This document shows, in pieces, positions 1 through 9,394 of a DNA stretch of 64,000 bases. The notes under the pieces were generated by a model that saw only the letters and a program-made list of their open reading frames with translations, was not told where the DNA came from and ran no database searches. Both the position numbers and the translations under genes were made by a program. The stretch is from the NCBI GenBank assembly GCA_903931735.1, contig CAIZDL010000192.1:18608-82607 (forward strand), read 5' to 3'. Within the stretch, counting starts at the first letter, position 1, and every line of letters begins with the position of its first letter. Source of the stretch: an uncultured Rhodospirillales bacterium (GTDB taxonomy: Bacteria; Pseudomonadota; Alphaproteobacteria; Azospirillales; Azospirillaceae).

Positions 1-446
1 CGAAACACCTTGGTTTGGCAGGCGGCGGCAACGGGGCGGGCGTGAGCGGCGGCCTTGACGCCAGGGGCGTGTGTGCCGGCCAAATCGGCAAACGCGGCCA
101 GCAACGCATCCCCCCGCACCCGGTCGGCCTGCTCCGGCCGTTCCAGCAACACCCGGATGTGATCGAGCGAAGCCAGGGTCAGCGAAATAAGGTCATGGCT
201 GGCGGTAAGCACGCCGTCGCGCACCTTTTGAAAGGCCGACTCGACGTGGTGGGTAAAGTCGGCCAAAGCCTCCCACCCAAACATCGCGCCCGACCCTTTA
301 AGAGTGTGCAACGAGCGGAACGCCTGATCGACCAGATCCTTGTCGTTTGGCGCGGCCTCAAGATCGAGCAACGTTGTCTCGAGAGTCGCCAGCAACTCGG
401 CGGCTTCCTGTCTGAACACATCCGCTGGATTTACCGCCGCCGCCAT
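1..446 (-). CDS. cheA: Chemotaxis histidine kinase CheA, N-terminal Hpt (P1) domain. 5' part only; the gene runs off the left edge.
   Basis: Minus-strand ATG at 446..444. Translation MAAAVNPADVFRQEAAELLATLETTLLDLE...FRSLHTLKGSGAMFGW carries the Hpt phospho-His motif (H-T-L-K-G). It lies directly 3' of STAS and cheY, as in alphaproteobacterial che operons. Confidence 0.85.
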   Translation of the reverse strand, partial: MAAAVNPADVFRQEAAELLATLETTLLDLEAAPNDKDLVDQAFRSLHTLKGSGAMFGWEALADFTHHVESAFQKVRDGVLTASHDLISLTLASLDHIRVLLERPEQADRVRGDALLAAFADLAGTHAPGVKAAAHARPVAAACQTKVF

Positions 447-458
447 GATTTTATCCTC

Positions 459-824
459 CTAGCCGAGCAATTTCTTGACCACCGCCAGCAACTGATCTTG
501 CTTGAAAGGCTTGACGATCCATCCGGTCGCCCCAGCAGCCTTCCCCTCAGCCTTTTTCGAATCCTCGGACTCGGTGGTCAGCAAAACAATCGGCACAAAC
601 TTGAAGTTCGGCAGCGCCCGCACCTGCTTGATCAAATCAATGCCGTTAAGGTTCGGCATATTCAGATCGGTGACGATCATATCGACCGTCGTGGTCTTAA
701 GGAGAGCCAGTGCTTCCCTACCGTCCTCCGCCTGTACCGTCTCGTAACCGGCTGTTTCCAGCGCGAATGTTACCATCTGACGCACGCTCGCCGAATCATC
801 GACGCTGAGAATCTTCTTCGCCAT
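459..824 (-). CDS. cheY: CheY-like single-domain response regulator (121 aa)
   Basis: MAKKILSVDDSASVRQM...MIVTDLNMPNLNG...GWIVKPF shows the complete REC signature (DD, phospho-Asp, T, K). I chose the internal ATG at 824. The stop lies 13 nt before the cheA start. Confidence 0.9.
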   Translation of the reverse strand: MAKKILSVDDSASVRQMVTFALETAGYETVQAEDGREALALLKTTTVDMIVTDLNMPNLNGIDLIKQVRALPNFKFVPIVLLTTESEDSKKAEGKAAGATGWIVKPFKQDQLLAVVKKLLG

Positions 825-832
825 TCTTACGT

Positions 833-1183
833 CTACTCCTTTCCCCACCAAAATCCGTCTTGCCCCGCGTCGGGTCCGCCGCCATCGACCCCCGGCCGAA
901 AACCGGCCACGACCAACGCCGCCAGCAGCACCCCCGCAGGTGCAGGCGCCAGCGTAATCCGCTTGCCGACCCGTTCGGCACTCCGCCGCGCCGCTATAAT
1001 AAGTTGAATCCCCGCCGCGTCCACTGCATCAAGAGCCAGGGTGTCGAGGGTCAGGCGCTCGCAAGCGGCCAAATCACGCGCCAACTGGTCGCGCACCGCC
1101 TCGGCACAATTGATGGTCAACCCCCCGGAAAGCACCGTCTGCCCACCCGCAGATTTCAGCACGGCAGCAACAGCCTCGTTCAT
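833..1183 (-). CDS. STAS-domain protein of the che operon (anti-sigma-antagonist fold, 116 aa)
   Basis: The ORF in the track is 833..1231. The ATG at 1183 is preceded by GGGAGG at 7 nt. The sequence MNEAVAAVLKSAGGQTVLSGGLTINCAEAVRDQL... resembles the small STAS proteins found upstream of cheY/cheA in alphaproteobacteria. Confidence 0.7.
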   Translation of the reverse strand: MNEAVAAVLKSAGGQTVLSGGLTINCAEAVRDQLARDLAACERLTLDTLALDAVDAAGIQLIIAARRSAERVGKRITLAPAPAGVLLAALVVAGFRPGVDGGGPDAGQDGFWWGKE

Positions 1184-1578
1184 CGGAAAGCCTCCAACGT
1201 CGGTTGCGCACCCGGCCTCGTCACTCTTCATGGACGATCATCGTGGCCTACAGTCGTCAAAGATAGCCTGAGCGTCACAAACTTTACAACAAGCATTTCC
1301 CACTAAACTATACAAAATCATCCTGCCCCGACAATTATCGCACCGCACAATACTCCATAAGCTCACTGAGCAACGAGCTATTTCTTCTCACTACAGCGGG
1401 ATTTACCTGCAAAATCATTACGAGTTTCTTAATAAAGACGTTTCAAATGCCCGCTTTTTTTCCACCACAAGGGAGGACGAATGCCGACACGCTTTGACGT
1501 ACAATTGTTCAATTGCCTTAGGGGACGCGCATCCGTATCATGGCTCAGGAGTCCCGTAACATTGAGGGGGGTATCAAC

Positions 1579-2433
1579 GTGTTGCTTGGCAAAAATCACT
1601 ATAACCGAACCGGCATCGCGCGGTCGGGCTTGGCTGCCATGGTCAGCGTTTCGCTTGTTCTTAGCAGCCTTACCGGATGCGTGACCACACGCGACGATCG
1701 GATCGGAGCCGACGACGGGTCCGACGCCTGCCTGGCCTATGTGGTCGCTCTCGACTCAACCGGCAACTATTTCGCCGAAGATATGATTAAGGGCGCAGCC
1801 ATTGGCGCGCTCGGCGGCGCGTTGATCGGCGGCATTGCGAGCGGCAACTGGCAAGGCGCGGCCATTGGCGCCGTCAGCGGTGCCGCAGTGGGCGCTCTCG
1901 GCGGCTACTGGAAGAGCAAAATGGATCAAGGCAAAGACCAAGCGGTCACCAGCCTGGCTTCCGACATGAACGCCGATGAAGCGCAACTGGACAAGAGCCA
2001 GGCCGCCTTCAAGCAACTCACCGCCTGCCGCCGCGATCAGGCTAAAAAGATCCGGGCGCAGTACACCGCAAAGTCGATCACCCGCGACGAAGCCCAAACC
2101 CGCCTGCGGATGCTGGGAACCCAGGCCCGTAAAGACGTTGATATCCTCAACGCCATTACTGGCAATGCCGATAAGCGCTTGGCCGAATACCAGTACGCCG
2201 CCAATCAAATCGACCCCAACGTTCCGGCACCGTCCGCATCGAACGAGAATTCGAGCAGTTCAAGCAGCTCGAGTGCCGACCGCAAGCCAAACCGTCCCCA
2301 CAAGCCGACACGGACGGGGCCGCCGACCACCCAGGGCTTTGCATCACTTCAGTCAAAAGCATCGACCCTCAAGCAGAACAGCTCCGACTACGCAGCAGAG
2401 TCGAGCGGTTGGGAAAGTGCCAAGCTGGGTTAA
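1579..2433 (+). CDS. Lipoprotein with a glycine-zipper segment, a coiled-coil region and a Ser-rich tail
   Basis: Lipobox LSSLTGC. Gly-zipper GAAIGALGGALIGGIASGNWQGAAIGAVSGAAVGALGG. The in-frame GTG at 1579 is preceded by GAGGGGGG; the track ORF starts at 1540. There is a poly-Ser run (SSSSSSSS) near the C-terminus. Confidence 0.75.
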   Translation: MLLGKNHYNRTGIARSGLAAMVSVSLVLSSLTGCVTTRDDRIGADDGSDACLAYVVALDSTGNYFAEDMIKGAAIGALGGALIGGIASGNWQGAAIGAVSGAAVGALGGYWKSKMDQGKDQAVTSLASDMNADEAQLDKSQAAFKQLTACRRDQAKKIRAQYTAKSITRDEAQTRLRMLGTQARKDVDILNAITGNADKRLAEYQYAANQIDPNVPAPSASNENSSSSSSSSADRKPNRPHKPTRTGPPTTQGFASLQSKASTLKQNSSDYAAESSGWESAKLG

Positions 2434-2493
2434 GGCATTTACCGGCTGGTATCGCAGGCTAAATGTACGAACCTTTTGAGTCCGAAGGTTTCG

Positions 2494-2520
2494 GGGGTGA
2501 CGGCCAATCGCCGTCACCCC
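2494..2520 (+). terminator. Stem-loop downstream of the lipoprotein gene
   Basis: GGGGTGACGGC / GCCGTCACCCC forms an 11-bp stem with a 5-nt loop, followed by TGGCTTTCC (weak U tract). Confidence 0.5.
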
Positions 2521-2647
2521 TGGCTTTCCGCCAGATTGTACGGGCCGTCTGATCATTTCATCAGGCGGATGGTTGCTTGAGTTGGCCGGTTCTTCAACAA
2601 GCTGCGTCATACCGGCGCCTTCGTGCCGGTTTCCGGGAGGGTTGCCG

Positions 2648-5600
2648 ATGTCTGTATTCCGGTTGGGCCGAGTGGGTTTGGCGCTGATTTTATCCCTGAC
2701 ACTCGCCATGGGGCGCTCCGCTCCGGCCGAGGCCGCCGATGGCGCCGCCTGGGTGGAACCACCGTCTGAGCCGTTCTTGCGCATCGAAACCGGGATGCAC
2801 ACCGCGATCATCAATCGAATTTCCGTGGACGCCACTGGGCGATTGGCGGCAACCGCCTCCGACGATAAAACCGTGCGCCTATGGTCTTTGCCGGAAGGGC
2901 GGCCGGTTGGAACGCTACGGGTGCCAATTGGCAATGGCCCCGAGGGCAGCCTTTACAGCGTCGCGCTGTCTCCCGATGGCGCCACCGTGGCTGCGGGCGG
3001 GTTCGTGGGCCAGCAATGGGACGGCCGCCCGTCCCTTTACCTTTTCGATGTCGCAAGCCGGAAGATCAAGGCACGGCTGCCAAAATTACCCAGCGAAATC
3101 CTCCATTTGGCCTTTTCTCCCGATGGCCGGCGGCTGGCGGCGGCCTTTGGCGGCGGCGCCGGATTGATCGTTTACGACATGGGCACCGGTAAAATCCTGG
3201 GGGAGGACCATAACTATAGCAACCAACCGTCAAATTGGGTCGCTTTCGCACAGGATGGACGCCTCGCCACCACCGGCTTTGACGGCAACGTGCGCCTTTA
3301 CGACGCCTCGGTGAAGTTGATCGCCAAGCGCACCCTGCCCGGCGCCAACCGGCCGTTTTCGGTCGCATTTTCACCCGACAATGCGACCTTGGCGGTGGGA
3401 TCGTTCGACACCCCGAAGGTTGATATCCTGTCGGCGGCCGACCTCAAATCCCGCTCCTCACCCGATACCAGCGACCTTAAAGGCGGCAATCTTGCGGCGG
3501 TGGCGTGGATCGAGGATGGACGCCAAGTCTTGCTGGCCGCAGGCGGCACCGCCAGCCGCGACGACGGCTCGCGCATCATCCGGGTTTGGTCGGGGGCCGG
3601 CACCGGGCGCTCGGTCGACATCTCCGCCGCAAAAGACTCGATCAACCAAATCGCGCCGCTCAGCGGGGGCGAGGCGCTGTTTGTGAGCGCCGCCCCGTCA
3701 TGGGGACGGATCGGCGCCGGCCGAAAACTGCTGGAGATAACCAGCCCCACCGCCAACTTCCGCGATATTTCCGCCGGTCGGTTCGCGGTTTCCGAAGATG
3801 GTCTCACCCTCGAATTTGGCATTGCGGCCAAGGGCCAGCGCCCGATGCGGTTGGACCTGCGCGACCATAGCTATGGCCCGGCTCCAAAAGCCGACCCAAC
3901 ACTTGCCAAAGCCATGACCGAGGCATCTGCCTTTAAAATAACAAATTGGCAGCATTCCAACGCGCCAATGATCGGAAACCGCAAGCTTCGGCTGGATGGC
4001 GAAGAAAGAACGCATAGTTTAGCGATCACTCCCGATGGTCAATCCTTTTTGCTGGGCGGTGACTATTGGCTCCGCTGGTTCAACAATACTGGTGCGTTGA
4101 TTGAAAAAGTGGCCATTCCCGCTGCTGCGACCGGCATCACCGTCACCCGATCAGGGACCACGGCGCTGGTCGCGCTCACCGATGGCACCCTTCATTGGTA
4201 TAACCTGGCCGGCGGCAGCAAACCTTTGGAGGAGCGCGCCTCCTTATTCGTTCATGGCGACGGCCAACGCTGGGTTGCCTGGACTCCGGAAGGATTCTTT
4301 GACCATGCTGAAAACGGCGGCAAGGATATGGTCGGATATCACTTCAACAAAGGACGAACCACCACGCCGGAGTTCATCAACTTCGCCCAGGTTTACCAAT
4401 TACTTCATAGCTCAGACTTGGTAATGAAGAAAATTACTGGCGGTTTTGACCCGGAAATTGCCCGAACCTATACCAATATCGGAAATCTGCGCGCCCGCTT
4501 TGAGCGCCATCCGCTGCCAAAGATTGAAAATCTTGAATATTGTTGGACCCAGGCGGGAGGGCAGGAAATGTGCCGTCCGATCAACGAAATTGGCACCCGC
4601 GGCTTTGTGCGCGACACCAGCCGACCAACCGCGCCCGGCAGCACGGTTTCAACCACCCCCTCCCCGGTCGCGGCTGCACTATCGGCGACAGTTCCTGCTG
4701 ATATTTCGCAAGTGAAGTTAAAGTTCAAAATTGTCGACGGCGGCGGCGGAGTGGGCGATATCGGCGTTTTTGTCAATGACCACAACATTGATCGCCAGGA
4801 TATCACCCGCGCATTTCGCCGCGATACTGGGTCCGCTGCTGCCATAACCTCGCCTGGCCCCCAGGGATTCAACCGACTTGTTTCGCTTGACCCGGGCAGT
4901 AACCGCATAGAACTTCGAATTTACGATGGCGCACGCACCGCCTTTGCCAGTTCCGGGCGGATAGAGCTGGTCCGCTCATCACCGCCGACCGAAGGCGGAC
5001 CGCAGCTAGCCCCCGCGAGCAAGCCCCGCCTGTTCGTTTTGGCGGCCGGCGTCGATGTCTACAAAAACCCGGCCTACCACCTGAATTTCCCCGTCGCCGA
5101 TGCCGAAGGGGTAACTGCGGCATTAAAAGACCGGGTGGGTGATCTATATGAAAAAGTATTTGTGCCAACCATTACGCCCAGTCGTGCTGTTGTGTTCGCC
5201 GAGGCAAAAACCGGCACCGCCGTTCTGGCCAACGAAAACGCGAGCCTTGAAATGATCGAAAAGGCATTCAAGGCCTTAACTACCGGTGATATCGTACGTC
5301 CCGCCGATACTGTCGTTATTTATTTGGCCGGACACGGCGTTCGTGAAGACGGTGGCGCCGGAAGCTCTCAGGCTGCTGGCAAATTCTACTTCATCACATC
5401 AAACGTCGACAGCCCCGATACCGTAGCCGGTCAAGCTCTTGGGCAAGATGTTCTGCTTCAACACCTCGTTGAGATTAACGGCAAAAAAGCGCACATTTTA
5501 CTTGTGCTGGATACGTGCCATTCGGGCGCTTTTGCCAAAGGCACCCCAATCGATGCCATCACCAACCTGAACGATGAAGCCGGGATCTCGGTGCTCGCCG

Positions 5601-5875
5601 CCGCCGCTTCAAACCAAGAAGCGCTCGATGGCTACCGACCCCAAGGACGCGGACGGGCCGAGCACGGCGTTTTTGCCTACGCGGTCATCTCGGGCATTGG
5701 CGGCGCTGCTACGGCCGATGAAACCGGGATCATTTACCCCACCTCATTGGCGCGCTATGTTAAAGAGGCCGTGATCAAGCTGGCAGCCGAGGTCAGCCCA
5801 AATCACAAGCAGCAAGCCAAATGGCAACCCCTTGGCGAACAAGACGACTTTCCTTTGGCACGGAAGTTTCGGTAG
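2648..5875 (+). CDS. Exported WD40-repeat / caspase-fold (peptidase C14) protein, 1075 aa
   Basis: ATG at 2648 after GGGAGGG. Signal peptide MSVFRLGRVGLALILSLTLAMGRSAPAEA. WD40-type repeats (DDKTVRLWSL, SPDGATVAAGG, SPDGRRLAAA, DGNVRLYD, SPDNATLAVGS). C-terminal C14 domain with YLAGHG (His codon 5333..5335) and LVLDTCHSG (Cys codon 5516..5518). Confidence 0.85.
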   Translation: MSVFRLGRVGLALILSLTLAMGRSAPAEAADGAAWVEPPSEPFLRIETGMHTAIINRISVDATGRLAATASDDKTVRLWSLPEGRPVGTLRVPIGNGPEGSLYSVALSPDGATVAAGGFVGQQWDGRPSLYLFDVASRKIKARLPKLPSEILHLAFSPDGRRLAAAFGGGAGLIVYDMGTGKILGEDHNYSNQPSNWVAFAQDGRLATTGFDGNVRLYDASVKLIAKRTLPGANRPFSVAFSPDNATLAVGSFDTPKVDILSAADLKSRSSPDTSDLKGGNLAAVAWIEDGRQVLLAAGGTASRDDGSRIIRVWSGAGTGRSVDISAAKDSINQIAPLSGGEALFVSAAPSWGRIGAGRKLLEITSPTANFRDISAGRFAVSEDGLTLEFGIAAKGQRPMRLDLRDHSYGPAPKADPTLAKAMTEASAFKITNWQHSNAPMIGNRKLRLDGEERTHSLAITPDGQSFLLGGDYWLRWFNNTGALIEKVAIPAAATGITVTRSGTTALVALTDGTLHWYNLAGGSKPLEERASLFVHGDGQRWVAWTPEGFFDHAENGGKDMVGYHFNKGRTTTPEFINFAQVYQLLHSSDLVMKKITGGFDPEIARTYTNIGNLRARFERHPLPKIENLEYCWTQAGGQEMCRPINEIGTRGFVRDTSRPTAPGSTVSTTPSPVAAALSATVPADISQVKLKFKIVDGGGGVGDIGVFVNDHNIDRQDITRAFRRDTGSAAAITSPGPQGFNRLVSLDPGSNRIELRIYDGARTAFASSGRIELVRSSPPTEGGPQLAPASKPRLFVLAAGVDVYKNPAYHLNFPVADAEGVTAALKDRVGDLYEKVFVPTITPSRAVVFAEAKTGTAVLANENASLEMIEKAFKALTTGDIVRPADTVVIYLAGHGVREDGGAGSSQAAGKFYFITSNVDSPDTVAGQALGQDVLLQHLVEINGKKAHILLVLDTCHSGAFAKGTPIDAITNLNDEAGISVLAAAASNQEALDGYRPQGRGRAEHGVFAYAVISGIGGAATADETGIIYPTSLARYVKEAVIKLAAEVSPNHKQQAKWQPLGEQDDFPLARKFR

Positions 5876-5896
5876 GTCTCTGCAACGATACAACCG

Positions 5897-7747
5897 ATGG
5901 AGTCAATAATGCGCTGGATGGTTGCCGGACTAACCGCTTTAACTTTTGTGGCTGGAGCCCCAGCCCCAAACGCTTTCGCCGCTGTTAACACCTTTGGCTT
6001 GGTTATCGGCGTCGACGACTACCAGTATATTAGCCCGAAGCTTGAAGGCTCGGTCAACGACGCCACCGATGTGGCAAACGCGCTTCAAAAAGACGGCGCC
6101 CAAGATGTCAGACTATTGCTTGATCAAAAGGCGAGTCGAGATGCGATCATGGGCGCCTGGAATGACCTGATGGCAAAAGTGCAGAAAGGCGACAACCTAA
6201 TCTTTCATTTTGCCGGCCATGGCGGACAGGAACCGGAACATGTCAAAGGCTCCGAGGAGTCAGGCTATGACTCAACTTTACTTCTCGCGGGATTTTCGCT
6301 AAAGGGTCCCGGCACCTACGAACGCATCGTGGACGATGAATTGGGAGCGATGTTCCAACGCGCCTCCGACGCGGGCGTCAACCTGCTGGTGGCAATCGAT
6401 GCCTGCCATTCCGGCACCATGACCCGCGCCTTCAACAACCCATCGATCGCAAAGCCCCGTGTTCGGGCGGTGACCTATCTGCCGATTGCCGCAAGTGAGG
6501 ATCGATTGCCGTTGATAGACCCGGCTTGGTCAAAAATTCCCAAAGAACTGCCCCATGTGTTTTACTTCGGGGCGGTCCATGACCACGAAGAGGCCCCCGA
6601 GATTGCAATTGGCGGCCAACAACGGGGCGCCCTTAGCTGGTCGCTGGCATCGGGTTTACGGGGCGCCGCCGATGCCAACAAAGACGGGGTGATTACGGTC
6701 AGCGAATTGCGCGACTATATCATCGACCAAATCCAGATCAAAGTTGAAGGGCAACAGCATCCATCGATCATTCCCACCAAGTCCCGTGGGGTTACGTTTG
6801 TCGACAGAGGCGAGTTTTCGATTTTAAGCCCCCAAGCACTCGAGATTGTTAAGGTCGCGTCAAAGGATGGGCTCACCGACTATGCCAAACAATTACTGGC
6901 ACAAGCGGTTAAGGAGGGTCCGGGAGATTCCGGAACTGACAAACTTCAAGCTATTATGAAGGCTATTCAAGAAAAAGCCAAGAGCAATGCCCAACAGATC
7001 CCGTCAACCGCAATCCAGATGGCAATTATCAATACCTCACTCGGAGCCATGCCCGAACTGAGGGCACCCCTGACCAATGTTCAAATCGTCGAACCTGCAA
7101 GCAGGCCGCTCCTGACATGGGATGTGGGGAAACGAAGGGTTCTGTCTTCGCTCGGCGATATCGTCGCCGATTTTTCCAGCAGCGCCAGCACAACGGCCGA
7201 TGACACACGGGCCTTTAAGCGTCAGGTCAATACCAGCGAGTCCAAGCAAACGATTGGCGCTGCAACCGATGTGCCGATGGCTCAGGCGGTTATCGACAAA
7301 TGGCACCTTACGGAATTGATTAAGACGCTCGCCGAGAAGCAAAGCCTCGGCATTTCGCTCCAACCCGGTGACGCTATTCATACCCTCGGGGAGAAAGTAA
7401 TGTTTTCCGTCGAGGGCCAGAACCAACCCTACTTAACGTTATTTAACCTTGCTTCCGATGGCACCGTAAACTTTATTTACCCACTCGCTACCGCCGAGGT
7501 TAAGGACCCGCTCAACATCCCCCTCGGGCGGCCCTATGATGTGCCTCTTGTGGTTGCCCCCCCCTATGGGGCCGATCACCTTGTGGCGATCGCCAGTGCC
7601 GAACCGCTTGTCGAGCTCCATAAAACCCTAACGGAGATTGACAACAAGCCAACAGCGCGCGCCCTCGAAACCGCTCTACGCACACAACTCAACGGCCGTA
7701 CCTACCAAATCGGCATTCACGGCTCCTACACGGCCAAGCAGCGCTAG
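5897..7747 (+). CDS. Exported caspase-fold (peptidase C14) protein with a C-terminal DUF4384-like domain, 616 aa
   Basis: Signal peptide MRWMVAGLTALTFVAGAPAPNAFA. FGLVIGVDDY...FHFAGHGG (His 6218..6220) and VAIDACHSG (Cys 6404..6406). The C-terminal GDAIHTLGEKVMFSVEGQNQPYLTLFNLASDGTVNFIYP matches my recall of DUF4384. It starts 22 nt after the preceding gene. Confidence 0.85.
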   Translation: MESIMRWMVAGLTALTFVAGAPAPNAFAAVNTFGLVIGVDDYQYISPKLEGSVNDATDVANALQKDGAQDVRLLLDQKASRDAIMGAWNDLMAKVQKGDNLIFHFAGHGGQEPEHVKGSEESGYDSTLLLAGFSLKGPGTYERIVDDELGAMFQRASDAGVNLLVAIDACHSGTMTRAFNNPSIAKPRVRAVTYLPIAASEDRLPLIDPAWSKIPKELPHVFYFGAVHDHEEAPEIAIGGQQRGALSWSLASGLRGAADANKDGVITVSELRDYIIDQIQIKVEGQQHPSIIPTKSRGVTFVDRGEFSILSPQALEIVKVASKDGLTDYAKQLLAQAVKEGPGDSGTDKLQAIMKAIQEKAKSNAQQIPSTAIQMAIINTSLGAMPELRAPLTNVQIVEPASRPLLTWDVGKRRVLSSLGDIVADFSSSASTTADDTRAFKRQVNTSESKQTIGAATDVPMAQAVIDKWHLTELIKTLAEKQSLGISLQPGDAIHTLGEKVMFSVEGQNQPYLTLFNLASDGTVNFIYPLATAEVKDPLNIPLGRPYDVPLVVAPPYGADHLVAIASAEPLVELHKTLTEIDNKPTARALETALRTQLNGRTYQIGIHGSYTAKQR

Positions 7748-7774
7748 GCCCCAAGCAACGCAATCACACCCAAC

Positions 7775-7800
7775 GTCAGCCAGCGCCTTCGCTGGCTGAC
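7775..7800. terminator. Hairpin between convergent genes (possible bidirectional terminator)
   Basis: GTCAGCCAGC (7775..7784) pairs with GCTGGCTGAC (7791..7800): a 10-bp perfect stem with a 6-nt loop. It lies between the stops at 7747 (+) and 7831 (-). Confidence 0.5.
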
Positions 7801-7830
7801 ACCCCGATAAACCCCGAGCCCCGAACGCTG

Positions 7831-8160
7831 CTACTTACAAACGTTCACGATATTCCGCGCGGTTACCACCGTTTCCCGGCCGCTATTGACACCGCCGACG
7901 TTCATCGTACAATCCCCCTTCCGGGCGTTCCCCATATGAACGAGCGTGTCGGAGGTCGGGTCGTAAGAGTTCCCCCCACCGGTGTCGTTACTGTTCATGC
8001 CGCCCGTGGTCCCATATTGCCTCGCCTTGACAGCGTTGACGGCGGTATTTCCTGAGTTGGTCAGATGTGTGGGGTTATTGATGTCCCCTGCGTAAGCCAC
8101 CCCACCGCTAAGCATGAACGCCGCGATGAGAGCCATCAGGGGTCGGGTGCAGCTATACAT
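7831..8160 (-). CDS. Small secreted Asn/Gly/Thr-rich protein (109 aa), member of the local paralog family
   Basis: GGAGGA lies 5 nt before the ATG at 8160. Signal peptide ...MLSGGVAYA. Mature part NSGNTAVNAV...GDCTMNVGGVNSGRETVVTARNIVNVCK has a Cys pair near the C-terminus. Confidence 0.75.
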   Translation of the reverse strand: MYSCTRPLMALIAAFMLSGGVAYAGDINNPTHLTNSGNTAVNAVKARQYGTTGGMNSNDTGGGNSYDPTSDTLVHMGNARKGDCTMNVGGVNSGRETVVTARNIVNVCK

Positions 8161-8370
8161 TACAGTCCTCCATCAGAGTTTGACGAGATGATTAGAGCAC
8201 ATCTCCAAGATAATAGGCGATGCCGCCCGAAAAGAAACATCCGGGAACGATGCCCCGCTCTAACAACAAAACATATGCCTATTTCTCGAGCCGCGATAAG
8301 CAAGCTGTCGCTGGTGAGCCTGCCCAACCCATGGTATCCTGTCGCCTATCGAACTGAACAGGAGGGTGAT

Positions 8371-8676
8371 ATGAAACCCGCGACCTGCATTTGCGCCATA
8401 GTGGCCCTTGCCATCCCGTTGCTCCCGTTGGGCCACGCCCAGGGCCAAACGGCGAGCCAAAATATTACCATCAACTCCATTGGTGAGGACAACAGCACCT
8501 CGTTCCAGAGTGGAATCGCCAACGACAGCCAAGTCGTCGGCATCACCATAATCAATAATGAGATATGGATCGACGGCGAAAAAGTCCCGCGCGGTGCCAC
8601 CAAATTTACCGGCCGCTCGGGGAAAAACTACCGTATCGAACGAGTCGGCGGCGCCATCCAAGTTCGGGACGAGTAA
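8371..8676 (+). CDS. Small secreted protein (101 aa)
   Basis: The ATG at 8371 is preceded by GGAGGG (8361..8366). Signal peptide MKPATCICAIVALAIPLLPLGHA. Mature N-terminus QNITINSIGEDNSTSFQSGIAND resembles the NTTINA motif of the neighbouring small proteins. Confidence 0.7.
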   Translation: MKPATCICAIVALAIPLLPLGHAQGQTASQNITINSIGEDNSTSFQSGIANDSQVVGITIINNEIWIDGEKVPRGATKFTGRSGKNYRIERVGGAIQVRDE

Positions 8677-8695
8677 TCGCCCCCCATACCAACCA

Positions 8696-8724
8696 CCGCC
8701 CGCGCGGCTCGACCACGCGGGCGG
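8696..8724. terminator. Hairpin between convergent genes
   Basis: CCGCCCGCG (8696..8704) pairs with CGCGGGCGG (8716..8724): a 9-bp GC stem with an 11-nt loop. It lies between the stops at 8676 (+) and 8790 (-). Confidence 0.4.
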
Positions 8725-8789
8725 CATTGTCGATTGCCCGCTGGCGCAAACACCACAACCATGGCGCGACCACCTGGAAACAGCCATGG

Positions 8790-9377
8790 CTAGCGGCACC
8801 CCCCTCCCCCAACGGCGATGGTATTAACACCCTGAGCGTTGCTGGTGGGGTCGCCAGACCGGTCGACAACCACCACATTGCCCACCGTTCCCAGTGACAC
8901 CGTGGCACTCGTGCACGGACGACGGCCGCCATCGCCGTCCGACCAAGACCGCGCCCGATCCATGGCAGTGTCCAACGGACGCTGACTATCCAACCCGCCC
9001 GGCGGCGTCCCGGGCAAAATCACCAACGTATTATTCCCGCTTCGATTGCCATCTTTGCCTTGGGATTGCGCCTTCGCACGCAGACGGTTGCGAATCATCG
9101 CCTCCCGGTTTTTTTCCGCTGCCGCCTCGGCGGCCGAGCCCTCCGGCGCAATAATTATAATGTTGGGAACCGTCCCACGATTCGGGTCCCCATACATCCG
9201 CGCCCGGGCCTCGTTATCGATTCCCGCCTCCCGATTTACCTGCCCCGGACTGGGTGAGGCCGAAGCCTCACCCGACCCCAGAGGGACAACGATCAACTCG
9301 CCAGCAAAGGCAACGCCACAAACAAACGTCAGCAACCCCGCCAGTTGGACAAATGCCATTTCAATTTTGATCGCCAT
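8790..9377 (-). CDS. Secreted protein (195 aa); its C-terminus is related to the small repeat-protein family
   Basis: The ATG at 9377 is preceded by GGGAGG at 5 nt. Signal MAIKIEMAFVQLAGLLTFVCGVAFA. The C-terminal CTSATVSLGTVGNVVVVDRSGDPTSNAQGVNTIAVGGGGCR shares the GVNTIAVG motif and the terminal Cys pair. The mature N-terminus ELIVVP resembles EIIVAP of ORF 13147..13494. Confidence 0.7.
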   Translation of the reverse strand: MAIKIEMAFVQLAGLLTFVCGVAFAGELIVVPLGSGEASASPSPGQVNREAGIDNEARARMYGDPNRGTVPNIIIIAPEGSAAEAAAEKNREAMIRNRLRAKAQSQGKDGNRSGNNTLVILPGTPPGGLDSQRPLDTAMDRARSWSDGDGGRRPCTSATVSLGTVGNVVVVDRSGDPTSNAQGVNTIAVGGGGCR

Positions 9378-9394
9378 CCAAGCCTCCCGTGAGT

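Noticed and set aside
15-1007. 330-aa plus-strand ORF spanning the left end of the window
   Set aside because: It is entirely antisense to three well-supported minus-strand genes (cheA Hpt, cheY, STAS). Its translation is Arg/Gly/Pro-rich low-complexity sequence, typical of antisense frames in high-GC DNA.
1481-1684. 67-aa ORF with a very strong Shine-Dalgarno (AAGGGAGGACGAATG) upstream of, and overlapping, the glycine-zipper lipoprotein gene in another frame
   Set aside because: More than half of it is an out-of-frame overlap with a gene that has a clear lipoprotein signal. The peptide has no recognisable features. It could be a leader or uORF, but I cannot support that from sequence alone. 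Ribo-seq would settle it.
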